Assembly: GCA_903813345.2 (NCBI GenBank) | Contig: CAIIXF020000001.1 | Span: forward strand, 49,786,001-49,850,000 | DNA from: Owenia fusiformis | Lineage: Eukaryota | Length of the DNA: 64,000 nucleotides | Reading direction: 5' to 3' | Part shown: positions 23,901 to 35,088 of the stretch, piece by piece | How positions within the stretch are numbered: the first letter of the stretch is position 1 | Layout of the letters: the number at the start of each line of letters is the position of its first letter | Position numbers and translations under genes: made by a program | Notes under the pieces: generated by a model | What the model was told of the DNA's origin: nothing | Seen by the model: only the letters and a program-made list of their open reading frames with translations | The model's database searches: none

Positions 23901-25096
23901 TTCTGTACCGGTTGTCTTGAGGAAGAGGCCTTATGGAGACATTACGCCCTTAGTGTCCCTCGTTATACTCACTTTACATCACCCATACGACGTTACGCTG
24001 ATGTAATTGTACATAGATTGTTAGCTGCATCCTTAGGTGAGTCAAAGATCATTTTATGGCACCAATGGGCTGTATTGGCACCATCTTAGGATTAATCTGA
24101 GCATATTTTCATGTTACCTCATGTATGGCGGCATATTGTTAGAGACACCATTTTTGTGTTTACGCTGATGTAATTGTGCATAGATTGTTAGCTGCATCCT
24201 TAGGTGAGTCAAAGGTCATTTTATGGCACCAATGGGCTGTATTGGCACCATCTTAGGATTAATCTGAGCATATTTTCATGTTACCTCATGTATGGCAGCA
24301 TATTGTTAGAGACACCATTTTTGTGTTTACGCTGATGTAATTGTGCATAGATTGTTAGCTGCATCCTTAGGTGAGTCAAAGATCATTTTATGGCACCAAT
24401 GGGCTGTATTGGCACCATCTTAGGATTAATCTGAGCATATTTTCATGTTACCTCATGTATGGCGGCATATTGTTAGAGACACCATTTTTGTGTTTACGCT
24501 GATATAATTGTGCATAGATTGTTAGCTGCATCCTTAGGTGAGTCAAAGATCATTTTATGGCACCAATGGGCTGTATTGGCACCATCTTAGGATTAATCTG
24601 AGCATATTTTCATGTTATCTCATGTATGGCGGCATATTGTTATAACCAACATTTTGACTGGTGTTTGGCATCCTCAATGTTGAAGTTAGTGTCAAGTGTC
24701 TGTAACAGATTGTCACACTTAAGCATTTGCAACAAGGTAGTGACATCTTGTCATGTTAATGCCTGGTTGTTTCTTGTTAACTTATTATTTGTGAGAAACT
24801 AATTTGGTGACAAATTATATATATTATTATATTATATATTTTATATTAATTTGGTGACAAACTCTGTGAATATAATATCAAGGATCCATAAGCAAAGGGG
24901 AATTTATTGTTCAAGTAATGTTCTCTGCCTTTCCATTTTGTTATCTTTGGATTTCATGATTATAGACTACCAGGCAGAGCCTAACAAAACTAAGGAAGAG
25001 ATCCACAAGCAAGCGGATCGATGCAATGACAGGAAAACAGCTAGCAAAAGAGTACAAGAGTTGAGCAGTGATATGTTCTTCGCCATCTTTGTCAAG
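5804..25096 (+). CDS. DIS3L2: DIS3-like exonuclease 2 (RNase II/RNB family), partial spliced gene, 18 exons
   Basis: All exons are AG/GT-bounded and phase-consistent (2361 nt): 5804-5909, 11166-11242, 12141-12260, 12538-12639, 14794-15171, 15967-16114, 16547-16634, 17200-17299, 17556-17712, 18001-18113, 18296-18403, 21149-21217, 21941-22048, 22468-22604, 22824-22947, 23091-23237, 23889-24036, 24966-25096. Motifs include [25 protein letters not shown], the catalytic [32 protein letters not shown] and [13 protein letters not shown]. No PIN domain in the exons found, consistent with DIS3L2. Confidence 0.92.
7055..7815. repeat. 124-bp tandem repeat, ~6 nearly identical copies, with a degenerate tail to ~7965
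   Basis: AAGTATTTTCTCAGCAAGAGATCAG recurs every 124 bp; this accounts for the repeated 70-aa ORFs. Confidence 0.95.
8103..9318. mobile_element. Probable old TIR non-autonomous element
   Basis: Imperfect ~40-bp terminal inverted repeats (TTTACTTATCTTGAT...CCTTGTACCAAT / ATTGTACAAGG...ATCAGGATAAGTAAA). No clear TSD. Confidence 0.45.
10226..10765. mobile_element. Foldback MITE with CACTG...CAGTG ends and a 5-bp TSD (ATTAA)
   Basis: ~270-bp arms form an imperfect palindrome centred near 10500; ATTAA flanks both ends. Confidence 0.85.
11166..11242 (+). CDS. DIS3L2: Putative DIS3L2 exon ([26 protein letters not shown])
   Basis: tgtag|AT...CAG|gtttgg. Phases match both neighbouring exons. Confidence 0.65.
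11799..12069. mobile_element. hAT-like MITE
   Basis: TIR TAGGGATGTCACGG / CCGTGACATCCCTA; 8-bp TSD ATTTGTTG / ATGTGTTG. Confidence 0.8.
12141..12260 (+). CDS. DIS3L2: DIS3L2 exon, start of CSD1 ([40 protein letters not shown])
   Basis: ag/gtaagt boundaries; recognisable DIS3L2 motif. Confidence 0.9.
12538..12639 (+). CDS. DIS3L2: DIS3L2 exon ([34 protein letters not shown])
   Basis: RNRALNGD motif; ag/gt boundaries. Confidence 0.92.
12768..14043. mobile_element. CACTA/EnSpm-like non-autonomous element
   Basis: Long TIR CACTAGGGCAGAGCATTTGTACTGAAAGGAGC / its reverse complement; 3-bp TSD ATG; inverted subterminal arrays of TACTGAAA repeats. Confidence 0.85.
14794..15171 (+). CDS. DIS3L2: DIS3L2 exon, low-complexity insert ending CLQPTAR
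   Basis: 126 open codons; ctacag|GTT ... AGG|gtatgt. Confidence 0.85.
15777..15865. mobile_element. Small MITE (CACTGGTGAATCCAGA ... TCTGGATTCGCCAGTG)
   Basis: 16-bp TIR with one mismatch; internal G/C runs. Confidence 0.6.
15967..16114 (+). CDS. DIS3L2: DIS3L2 exon ([15 protein letters not shown]...[10 protein letters not shown])
   Basis: Recognisable motif plus ag/gtaagt boundaries. Confidence 0.92.
16398..16494. mobile_element. 97-bp MITE with TAG...CTA ends and a perfect 9-bp TSD (AcademH-like)
   Basis: TIR TAGTCTTGCTTCAAGAC / GTCTTGAACCAAGACTA; GATTTTCAC on both sides. Confidence 0.75.
16547..16634 (+). CDS. DIS3L2: DIS3L2 exon ([29 protein letters not shown])
   Basis: Recognisable motif plus ag/gtaaga boundaries. 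Confidence 0.9.
17200..17299 (+). CDS. DIS3L2: DIS3L2 exon ([33 protein letters not shown])
   Basis: Recognisable motif plus ag/gt boundaries. Confidence 0.92.
17556..17712 (+). CDS. DIS3L2: DIS3L2 RNB catalytic exon ([14 protein letters not shown])
   Basis: RNase II-family catalytic aspartates are intact; ag/gtgaga boundaries. Confidence 0.95.
18001..18113 (+). CDS. DIS3L2: DIS3L2 exon ([13 protein letters not shown]...[10 protein letters not shown])
   Basis: RNB motif plus splice sites. Confidence 0.95.
18296..18403 (+). CDS. DIS3L2: DIS3L2 exon ([18 protein letters not shown])
   Basis: RNB motif plus splice sites. Confidence 0.95.
18481..21094 (-). mobile_element. Single complete HINE/Helentron-like element (GACTCCAGAT family) in a DIS3L2 intron
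   Basis: In element orientation: head hairpin TTAGACTCCAGATGAAAATCTGGAGTCTA, (TTA)n, long internal tandem modules, a 12-bp CTACTTACTCAG minisatellite, and tail ATCTGGAGTCTT + AAATTGAACTTGTTCAATTT hairpin + CTAGTT. Confidence 0.8.
21149..21217 (+). CDS. DIS3L2: DIS3L2 exon ([23 protein letters not shown])
   Basis: RNB motif plus splice sites. Confidence 0.93.
21441..21818. mobile_element. MITE with TACCC...GGGTA ends and a 9-bp TSD
   Basis: CTTTTTATT / CTTTTTCTT flanks; short imperfect TIR. Confidence 0.5.
21941..22048 (+). CDS. DIS3L2: DIS3L2 exon ([18 protein letters not shown]...)
   Basis: Splice sites present; phase 0/0. Confidence 0.9.
22468..22604 (+). CDS. DIS3L2: DIS3L2 exon ([22 protein letters not shown]...)
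   Basis: Recognisable motif plus splice sites. Confidence 0.93.
22824..22947 (+). CDS. DIS3L2: DIS3L2 exon ([15 protein letters not shown]...ALLRRH)
   Basis: RNB motif plus splice sites. Confidence 0.95.
23091..23237 (+). CDS. DIS3L2: DIS3L2 exon (...[10 protein letters not shown])
   Basis: Recognisable motif plus splice sites. Confidence 0.92.
23889..24036 (+). CDS. DIS3L2: DIS3L2 exon ([28 protein letters not shown])
   Basis: RNase II signature; ag/gtgagt boundaries. Confidence 0.96.
23993..24640 (+). repeat. 167-bp tandem repeat x4 spanning a DIS3L2 exon end and its donor site
   Basis: CCTTAGGTGAGTC at 24031, 24198, 24365 and 24532. Confidence 0.95.
24966..25096 (+). CDS. DIS3L2: DIS3L2 exon ([29 protein letters not shown])
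   Basis: Recognisable motif plus ag/gtaagg boundaries. Confidence 0.93.
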
Positions 25097-25538
25097 GTAA
25101 GGAACAACAAGTTGACTAATTGCCAATGTATTACAGGATATATACAACTCAAAAAACACTTATGTAATATAATAGCAAGAGGTAATAGCAATATCAAAAC
25201 AAACACCCTCCATCTGTCATAGCTAATTCTAGCCAATCACACCACCCTATTTCATATAACTGCATTGCATTATATAACCAACAACCCAACCAAGGTCATT
25301 TTGTTTAGATTCTAATGAAACTAATGAAACCGATAAGCTGATCAATTTCATAGTTGAGTTAAAATCTATTTGTGACTACTTAGTTGCATAGTACACTTTT
25401 TAATGACAATTTGGGCAGTGATTAGCCAATTTAACAATGTTAAGTCAAGTATATTTCCAATCATTACATGTTACATTCAACTATTACAATGTGATGCAAA
25501 GCGTATATTGTATATTTTGAAAAATGGCTACCATTTTA

Positions 25539-27050
25539 TTATGTCCCCACCACATAGTGTGGGGCCATATTGTCAGCCTAGGCGCGTCCGTCCATCTGTC
25601 TGTCCGTCTGTCCGTCTGTCTGTCCGTCTGTCCGTACGTCCGGCAGTTTTCTCCAAAACCGCTACAGATATCACCTTCAAATTTTCAGGGATAACTTATG
25701 AGTGCATACAGATGTGGATGAAAAAAAATTAACTCGATACCTACTTCCTGTCGGCCATTTTGAAGTCAAATGCTAAAATCCTTGTCTGCAAACTTTAAGA
25801 AAAACTGCTTCACAGTTGCTTTTAAAACTTTAACATCTTGTTCAACTCACTTCATTCTAGATCTGATTAGGTTTTGGACCCGCTAGCTCAGTCATGTCAG
25901 CCATTTTGAATGTCTTAAGAAAAGTTAGCGCGCGATAATACTTTGTATCATATTGAATGGTGTTTTTGAGTTTTCATACTTTAACTATTTAGTAGCTTTA
26001 TAAATAATTTCAGATGTACTTTGCTGTAAAAGCCTACTTTATTGTTAACAGTAGTTATATGTGATAATTTTGTAAAAAGAAATCAGCAAAAACTCATAAG
26101 GACTTTTTTATTGTCGGCCATTTTGGATTTTTCGGTCCTAAAATCTTGTCTGTGAAGTCTTGTCTGAGCGTTTTCAGGTGAACCGTTTGGTGGATCAATT
26201 TCAAATTTTCAGGGATGATTCTTAGTATAAAAATCTAGATCTCATTAGTTTTTTGGCATTCTGGGTAAATGTCAAGGCAGCCATTTTGGATTTTCCGTCC
26301 TAAAATCTTGTCTGTAAAGTCTTGTCTACTCGTTTTCAGGTGAACCGTTTCGTAGATCAATTTCAAATTTTCAGGAATGATTCTTAGTATGAAAATCTAG
26401 AACTGATTAGTTTTTTTGCATTCTGGGTAAATGTCAAGGCAGCCATTTTGGATTTTCCGTCTTAAAATCTTGCCTGTAAAGTCTTGTCTACGCGTTTTTA
26501 GGAGAACGGTTTGATAGATCAATTTCAAATTTTCAGGGATGATTCTTTGTATGAAAATCTACATCTGATTACTTTTTTTGCATTCTGCGTAAATGTTAAG
26601 GCAGCCATTTTGGATTTTCTGTCCTAAAATCTTGTCTGTAAAGTCTTGTCTACCCGTTTTCAGGTGAACCGTTTGGTAGATCAATTTCATATTTTCAGGG
26701 ATGATTCTTAGTATGAAAATCTACAAACAGATTAGTTTTTTGACATTCTGGGTAAATGTCAAGGCAGCCATTTTGGATTTTCCATCCTGAAATCTTGTCT
26801 GTAAAGTCTTGTTTACATGTTTTCTGGTTAAATGTGTGACGGATCAATTTCAAATTTTCAGGGGTGGTTCTTAGTATGAAAATCTAGAACTGACTAAATT
26901 TTTGGCATTCTGGGTAAATTTTAAGGTGGCCACTTTGGATTTTCTGTCCTCAAATTGTGTTGGTAAAGTCTTGTCTACTCATTTTCAGGATAACCATTTC
27001 ACGGGATCACCACTTGGTGGGGACATTTTGTACACATTTGTGTTCTTGTT
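25539..27050 (+). mobile_element. HINE-like element with a GTCC/GTCT microsatellite and ~162-bp internal tandem repeats
   Basis: Perfect 12-bp subterminal IR ATGTCCCCACCA / TGGTGGGGACAT; ~5.5 repeat units at 26110-26990; ends in CTTGTT. Confidence 0.75.
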
Positions 27051-28421
27051 TGTGTTATTTTACATTTTTTGCTATAACCGAAAAAGCAATAGAGCTTTTT
27101 GTTGTTCATATTTTTTTGTGAATAATGAGAGGCATTTTACATTTTCTTTTGAAAATTGGCTAGTGAATGGCCATTTTGAAAAATATCATTTTTAAATGTG
27201 GAGTGGAGCGATTTTGTTGAAATTTTATTTGTGAATACTTTGAAGCATACTGTATAACATGAAATATTGCCGTGGATATAAAGTTGCCGATTGCCGAATG
27301 TAAAACAGAAAAGGCAACATAAAATTCGGAAATATAATGAAGTAATTGAAGATCGATCTTAGTGGGCGATAATATGGTAGTTGTCTAATGTGTGTCAACT
27401 TACTGTAATAGGGTAATTTTCTAACGAGTATCAACTTACTATACTTTAACAAAAATCATAAATAAAATACGATAAAACCGAAGCTTTATTCCCCAGCATA
27501 AAATTACAATAAAAAGTTAATAATGAAAATGTTGCAGTTAAAATGCATGCAGTAAATTCTATACAATATTAAATGGATTGTCATGTTAAAAAGTTAAAAT
27601 GTCAAAAGATCTAATTGTATCCAAGAGCTTTGGAAATCCCAGTATTAAAAGTTTTTATTCCCAAATTAAAAGTTTTTAATCCTGTTATTAATTGTCCTGA
27701 GTCTATCGAATGCGGGTAATCACTCAAATTGTCACTCATAATGTCAGGTTTTCTGAGTCAGTCAAATGAAGGTGATTAAAATTCAGTTGTACATCAAAAT
27801 TATATTAGGGGTGTCAGCTTAGCAATATTTAATTTGGCTTTACATTTATGCCGTGGTCACGTGGGATTTGCTACGCTTTAATGTTGCTGTTCATGTTGCT
27901 AGTCATAATTTGGTCTAGTCTGATTTTTATTGTACTGTATTCTAAATACTGAGAACAGTATTAACTCAAATTTAAATTATTAACAACATATCTATTTTAG
28001 GAAAGATTTTGATTAATCCTCAACAAAATTCAGTTGCTTGTCTACAATGGCTCAATTAAAACCTTTAAATAGCAAGATGTCTACAGAAATGAATATTTAA
28101 AGCTTTAAGCACATAGATGCTATTAATGATTGTTGGGGGAACATGTATATTGATGTGGTTACTAGTCACTACTTTACTGTTGGCATTTAAAGGATTCATA
28201 GTACTATACATACATGACAATTGAAAGTCCATGAACAGACATAGTTGTAAACTCTTATCTTGCTACATGTTATACATGACCCTTTAACATTATGTTATAT
28301 GATAGGTTATAATGTTGTTGCTAGATGGGCATGCTGATAATTATGGCCTCAGTCTTACATGTGTTACTGTATTTTTTGTTTTTCAATATCAAATTCAGGA
28401 CGTGAGAGAGAACAAGACATG

Positions 28422-31400
28422 TTAGTAGTTTATGAGAGGTCCAAAAAAGCGGTTGGGAGTATTTTCATCTGGATTGGAAACATAGTCCAAATATGCATTT
28501 ACAAATTCTTCCCGACTTATCAGTCCATCATTATTTGTATCCATGTAGTCAAACTGCATTCTTGCAAATCTTTTATCAAGGCCCCACACATTCCAAAATA
28601 TCATGTAGTTATCAAACGTCATGAAACCAGGGACGTCCTTGCATAGTACCTACAATAAATTAATGTTAAGATAAATCCTTACTTCTGGTATTCTGAATTT
28701 ATTCTCCATCACATTGCAAAGGAACAAAATGTGGCAGAAAGTGGACAATATGAGTAATTAATTAGAATTTTACCTGGAAAAATGTTTTGGAAGAATTCTT
28801 CCACTTTTCAATTATTTCTGGGTTATCTTTGTACTTCCAAGTTGTCATCAGTTGTAGTGACATTGAAGATGAATTGGGAAGATCTTGTGAAGCCCCTAAA
28901 TCACAGTAATCTTGATAGAGCTTGTATATGCCATCTCTTGCCTCCCCCGTCAAGTTACCTGATAATCAAAGTTAGTAATGGGATGACTTGCATGGTTTTC
29001 ACTTGAAAAGATATAGGAACTAAAGTAGGGCTGTGCCGGAACCGGTTCGGACGGTTCGGAATCGGAACCGGAACTTGGTCTCACGGAATCGGAACTTTCG
29101 GAACCCCTTTTGGTTCACAAATGAAAATAATTATGTATGAGTGAGTTCGACGGCGATCATGACGATATCGTCGTCCAAGTTTGTCAGGTTAACACTTACC
29201 TTTCCTGTCAAGCAAGTTTGAATGTTTTTACGAAAGAAATAGACTCTAAAATCTGTAAAAAGAGAGAAAATTCGATCTTTTTTCTACTTGTTTTCACTTC
29301 CGGCTGCTCTGACCATAATGCGCATGCGTAATTGAAAAAGTTCGTAAAACAAAACTTGATTTCTGTTGATTTCTCCGCTATTTATTTTGTTTATGCGAGT
29401 AATACACATGCAAATTGGATGTAGTTTGAAGGAAAACATCACTGGAGGAACAATGGTCACGGATATTAACGATTCAAAGCAAGTACTAAGGTAAGGGTCC
29501 GATATTGTTCCGAAACCCTTCGGAACATGATATTAAAATTCCGAATTCCGGTATTTTAACAAAAGTCCGCGGTTCGGACCGATTCCGGTCGAATGGCACG
29601 GCCCTAATTACTAAAGGATGAGTCAGGGAATGAATCCGGATATCGACTTAGAAAATATTGAAATCGTAATGTCTGAAAAACCAACTCAATCACACATAGT
29701 ATTAATAGTATTAATATCTTATCCTTCTTATGAGTACTAAAATATCAAATTGCATCACAATTAATGAAGAATACTGACATCTAAGACAATGCATATCAAT
29801 ATGCCAGAATGCTCTATGTGAAAATTAAAAGTGAAGCAACTTTTTCTGATATTTCTTATAACAAATGGCAGACATCTTGTTTTTCCCCCATCAAACTGGC
29901 GGGAAATTCAACTTTAAAAACCTAAAATATGTTTCAAAAATATGATTTGCTATTCTTCATGGGTCTTTTAAGTTATTTCTTCTTTGTATGTCATACATGT
30001 TTCCAATACACCAGATGCTAGTAGAACTAATTTTGATTGTCCTCATTAAAAATTAAAAATTCTGTCAAAATGGTGTCATATTTGGAATCTACATATAAAA
30101 TAACATCTAGAAATGTGGTTTTGAAAAGAGTTTATCAACTTTGAAAATTTAATTTTCTTTGAAAATGTGACTTCTAGGTCGGGGAGATTCCCCATAGACC
30201 CCATGTTGTAAAATCACTAAAAGGGAAATACCTTTCCTTGTGTTGGGCAGGTAGTATTTTCTTTTAATGGACATATTTTAATTTTTTGTTTAACTATCAG
30301 ATACATATGGGTAATATGAAAAGTGAACCACTAAACTAATGATTATTCAAGTTTAATGGAATTTTGTAATACCCTGCCATGTTATTTCCCCCGAATCAGC
30401 CACCTGGTGGCTAAAGTGGTAACTACCCACTCGCATCTGAGTAATTAAATGGTGTTTTTCTATGAAAATGACTACCGTATTTTTTATTTTTTGTTATGAT
30501 ACTTAGTTTAACTCTTAGCAGGGGGTTCATAATGCATCAAAACTCATGAAAAAATGCATACACTGTATATTTATCAAATCAAATATAACTAGGACAGTTA
30601 TAAAAATCATATTTCACGTATAATAATACATTTAAATGACGGCCAAAAGGGCATACATCCTTACCCATCCTTTCTTTATGAACATAAAAAAACGAAACTT
30701 CACTCTGGGAAATATATAGACCATTGTTGCATGATTTGTTGCAAAAACATTAAATTTTGCATGTTGGTGACGCTCCTTTATTAATAAATCTCATTTCTTT
30801 GAAGCATATCGGTTCAAAAAGGATTCCTTGAAGACCAAACATATTTTACAAGACCTAACATATTTTACTAGACCTAACATATTTTACCATACTGAGCACT
30901 GTATTCATTTAGCAATTCAGTGGTGCACATTCTCTTGAAAAAATTTATCTTTCAGGTTTTTTGAAATTTTCTAGCTGAAATCAGCTACTTCCCCCCGCTC
31001 ATTTTTTCCAATCACAGGACATGATTACAGATTTTATGTTTTGCTTTCGGTATTGTGACAGTTTTATGCTTTTTATTATTTTTAAATTGAAGGACAATAC
31101 ATAAAATACTAATAAATCAAGACAACCATTGAGTAGTAGGTTTACCTGCTCTCACAAATTCATCTGCATTGTGCATATGATCTTCACGTCCAACAACGCC
31201 ATCTTTATCATGATCAAAGCATACATTTGTAGTAAGCATCTTTCTTATCCAAGTCAGGGGCAGCTGCCTGATCTAATGTGGAAAATATTTTTACTTTTGT
31301 TAGATATAGGAAAGCCATCCATTCATCCGTCCGTCCATTTGTCCAGGCCATAACTCAAATACTGGTTGACGGATTTGATTCAAATTTTATAGGCTTATGC

Positions 31401-34400
31401 CTTATGGGGACCTCTGCACGAGAATTTTCAATATGGACACTTTATTCAAAATGGCTGCCATTTCTCGTAAAAAATGTAATCTTTGATAACTCAAATACTC
31501 AAAGAACTCAAAGAATGTAATTTTTGATAACTCAAATACCGGTTGACAGATTTGGTTGAAATATTATATGTAATGCTGATGCTTAGAGAGAAAGGAGCTC
31601 TGCTCAAGGAGAAATTTTCAAGAAAGCCTCTTAATTTCAAAATGGCTGCTATTTTTTGTAGAAAACCATAATCTTTGATGATCAAATACCAGCTTTGGTT
31701 CAAATTTTATACACTATGATGCCTAGAGATAAAAGAACTCCTCAAGATAGCAGCTGAAATGGCCACCATTTTTTGTAAGAAAACACAATCTTCTATAACT
31801 CAAATACCGGTGAACAGATTTGGTTCAAATTTCATATGATTATACCTAGGAACAAGGCAGCTCTGTTCAAGAAGAGATTTTCAAGATGGCCGCTATTTAT
31901 CAAAACATGTTTTGTTTGGTGGGATTTGCTACTCCGTGGAGTTGCTGTTTTCTAGCTCTAAATTTTTTTAATTTGCAAAGGTACAATATGTATTACATAC
32001 CATACTGTATTTTAAAAGAGCATGAAGAAACAAAACGGTGTTTTAATAGCCTTGTCCTAAATTGGGTCATTGGGACATATTACCTTATTATGAACGCCCA
32101 AAATTAAAGATCGATGAAAGAATTTGCGAGGTTTGCAATTTAATAGAATATAATGCTTTCATGTAAAAAATACAGTATATATAGAAAGCAAATGCTCGAT
32201 AAACTTGAGTCACAAGGCAATCCAATTAAACACCTTTTCAAAATGGAGGACGATTCCCTTTTTTATCGTACCTAATAAAGGTACGACCTTATAAAGGTAC
32301 GATATTGTCGTCAGCTTGACGGGCGGCGTCTCACTTTTCAGCTTGTCTACAGGTTTCCAGCCAAACCATTTGACAGATTCATCTGAAATTTTCAGGAATG
32401 TTTCTACGTATCAAAGTTAAGAACTGATTAGTTTTTGGGCATTCTGGGTAAATTTTAAGGTGGCCATTTTGGATTTTCCGTCCTAAAATCTTCACTTTCA
32501 AGACTTGTCTACAGGTTTCCAGCCAAACCGTTTGACGGATTCATCTGAAATTTTCAGGAATGTTTCTACGTATCAAAGTTAAGAACTGATTAGTTTTTGG
32601 GCATTCTGGGTAAATTTTAAGGTGGCCATTTTGGATTTTCCGTCCTAAAATCTTCACTTTCAAGACTTGTCTACAGGTTTCCAGCCAAACCATTTGACAG
32701 ATTCATCTGAAATTTTCAGGGATGTTTCTACGTATCAAAGTTAAGAACTGATTAGTTTTTTGGCATTCTGGGTAAAATTTCAGGTGGCCATTTTGGATTT
32801 TCCGTCCTAAAATCTTCACTTTCAAGACTTGTCTACAGGTTTCCAGCCAAACCATTTGACGGATTCATTTGAAATTTACAGGGATGTTTCTACATATCAA
32901 AGTTAACAACTGATTAGTTTTTGGGCATTCTGGGTAAATTTTAAGGTGGCCATTTTGGATTTTCCGTCCTAAAATCTTCACTTTCAAGACTTGTCTACAG
33001 GTTTCCAGCCAAACCATTTAACGGATTCATCTGACATTTTCAGGGATGTTTCTACATAACAAAGTTAACAACTGATTAGTTTTTGGGCATTCTGGGTTAA
33101 TTTTAAGGTGGCCATTTTGGATTTTCCGTCCTAAAATCTTCACTTTCAGGACTTGTCTACAGGTTTCCAGCCAAACCATTTGATGGATTCATCTGAAATT
33201 TTCAGGGATGTTTCTACGTATCAAAGTTAAGAACTGATTAGTTTTTGGGCATTCTGGGTAAATTTTAAGGTGTCCATTTTGGATTTTCCGTCCTAAATTC
33301 TTCACTGTCACACTGCTGTGTTTTAGGTACGATATTGTTCACGTCTGTGCCTTGTTAGCTCACATGGTGAGCTTTTGCTATCCCTCACTTGTCCGTCTGT
33401 CTGTCCGTCAACAATAGTGGCACGTTTTAAAACCTCTGTCGATAGAATTCCTGTTTTAAGTTATTTCTGTTCAACATCAATACAGAAAACTCCCCTATGA
33501 CTCCTGGTTCAAAAGCTTGCCTATTTTCAAAATGGCCACCATTTTTGTCTCGGGAAATTCACTTTTGACCCATTTCCTAGCTTTACAAATAATTTCAGGT
33601 GTCCTACATTGTAAAAATCCATGTCAATGTAAAAAGTAGATATATGAAATAATTTTGTTAGGAAAAATCAGCAAAAAATTATATCCATTTTTTTATTTTC
33701 AGCCATTTTAGTTAACATTGATTTGTCCATCTGTCTCGCAAAATCCACTTTTGGACCATTTGCCTTAAACCCTCTGTCGATAGGATTCCTGTTTTAAGTT
33801 AATTTTGTTCAACATCAATACAAAAAAATCTCCTATGACTCTTGGTTCAAAAGCTCGCCTATTTTAAAAATGGTGGCCATTCTTGTCTCGCCAAATTCAC
33901 TTTTGGCCCGTTTCCTAGCTTTACAAATAATTTCAGCTGTCCTGCATTGTAAAAAGCCATGTCACAGTAAAGAGTAGTTGTATGAAATAATTTTGTCACA
34001 AAAAATCTGCAAAAAATTATATCCGTTTTTTTTATTTTCACTTTTGAGCAACACCATGTGAGCCCAGTACCCACGGTACTAATTTTTTCTAATATTGTAT
34101 GTCTTGTGAAAATAAAGAAATTTAAATTGTAGCAGAATTTATTCATAAATGTAATATAACATTTTTCATTCAAGTTATGTTGTTAGCACCTCGGTGTAGA
34201 TACTCACAACTGATTGGTTACTTAGCGGTCAACAGTTTTGCCTGTACCCCATGCCGTATGGAGACCACAAGGTGACCACTCTGCACAGACCAGACCAGAT
34301 TTAGTATGGCAAGTGATTTTGTACAATCATATCTTTCCACATGAGTACTTTCTGGCCATAATTAAAACAATACAATACAAGTGAAGTCCCAATTATAAAT

Positions 34401-35088
34401 ATCAATCTAACTCTCTGAAATTTTTTTAAGGACCCCACCTTGTCACTTTTAAAAAAATGTTAGGCTTATTTTCTAAAAGGAGGATCTTGTTTTTCTCAAT
34501 TTAAATTTATCAAAAGCTTCTTCTACACTATACACTATACGTTTGTATTAACAACTTATGAAAAGATGAAGGGGAGTTTATTGCGATAAAGTTAAAAAAC
34601 CACAAATCCCATGTTATTTTTTCTAATAGGGATAATTCATGCTATCCATTGTTTTCTGCGTAATTTTGGACTTTCAATACGTTCTATTTTTGTAGATGTT
34701 TTAGACCCCTTGTCCAATAATCCTTTCATGAATTAGATATCAGAAAAAAGGAGGTCCTCTCTCGAGTAAATAGGTTCAATATTTTAAAAAAAATGTTGAC
34801 ATTTCTAATTTTTCCTAATTTTTCAATTGATATTTTTATTATCCTTGAGAATTTTCTTGGAAGATAACATATTGTGGTTATGGGAAATGTCATATTTAAA
34901 TTAAGAAAGTGCTCATGCTCAAAGATATGACCGTCTAAAAACACTTAAGCTTGCCATACTAGGTCTGGTCCTTTACTGATTTCAATGAACTGTCCATCCT
35001 GACATCTCAATATAGTGCTGAGTGTGCTTTGATATTAATAAAAAGTGCTTACCTGCACATTGGAAGAGATGCTAGCACTATCAGCCAT
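28422..35088 (-). CDS. Sarcoplasmic calcium-binding protein-like (SCP/calexcitin-type EF-hand) gene, 4 coding exons, 191 aa
   Basis: Minus-strand exons: 35088-35053 (MADSASISSNVQ), 31272-31146 (IRQLPLTWIRKMLTTNVCFDHDKDGVVGREDH..., EF-1), 28958-28774, and 28649-28422 (...MDTNNDGLISREEF...RFFGPLINY*, EF-4). All introns are GT/AG with phases 0,1,0. The W-x-RKM and FFGP motifs are typical of invertebrate SCPs. Confidence 0.85.
29026..29606. mobile_element. hAT-like MITE in an SCP intron
   Basis: TIR TAGGGCTGTGCC / GGCACGGCCCTA; subterminal CGGAA repeats; TSD unclear. Confidence 0.6.
30012..30439. mobile_element. ~400-bp MITE family (YAGATGCGAGTAG TIR); other copies at 45030-45429, 46664-47087 and ~50950-51315
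   Basis: Shared internal sequence (GATTCCCCATAGACCCCATGTT, GCCACCTGGTGG) and a 13-bp TIR. Confidence 0.75.
32261..33356 (+). mobile_element. HINE-like element with six ~162-bp internal tandem repeats
   Basis: Subterminal IR ATCGTACCTA / TAGGTACGAT; ends in CTTGTT. Confidence 0.75.
33355..34086 (+). mobile_element. HINE-like element
   Basis: Head TTAGCTCACATGGTGAGC + GTCT/GTCC microsatellite; ~345-bp internal duplication; tail CATGTGAGC + AGTACCCACGGTACT hairpin. Confidence 0.7.
34273..34972. mobile_element. TIR MITE (possibly Kolobok-type)
   Basis: GACCAGATTTAGTATGGCAAG / CTTGCCATACTAGGTCTGGTCC. Confidence 0.55.
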
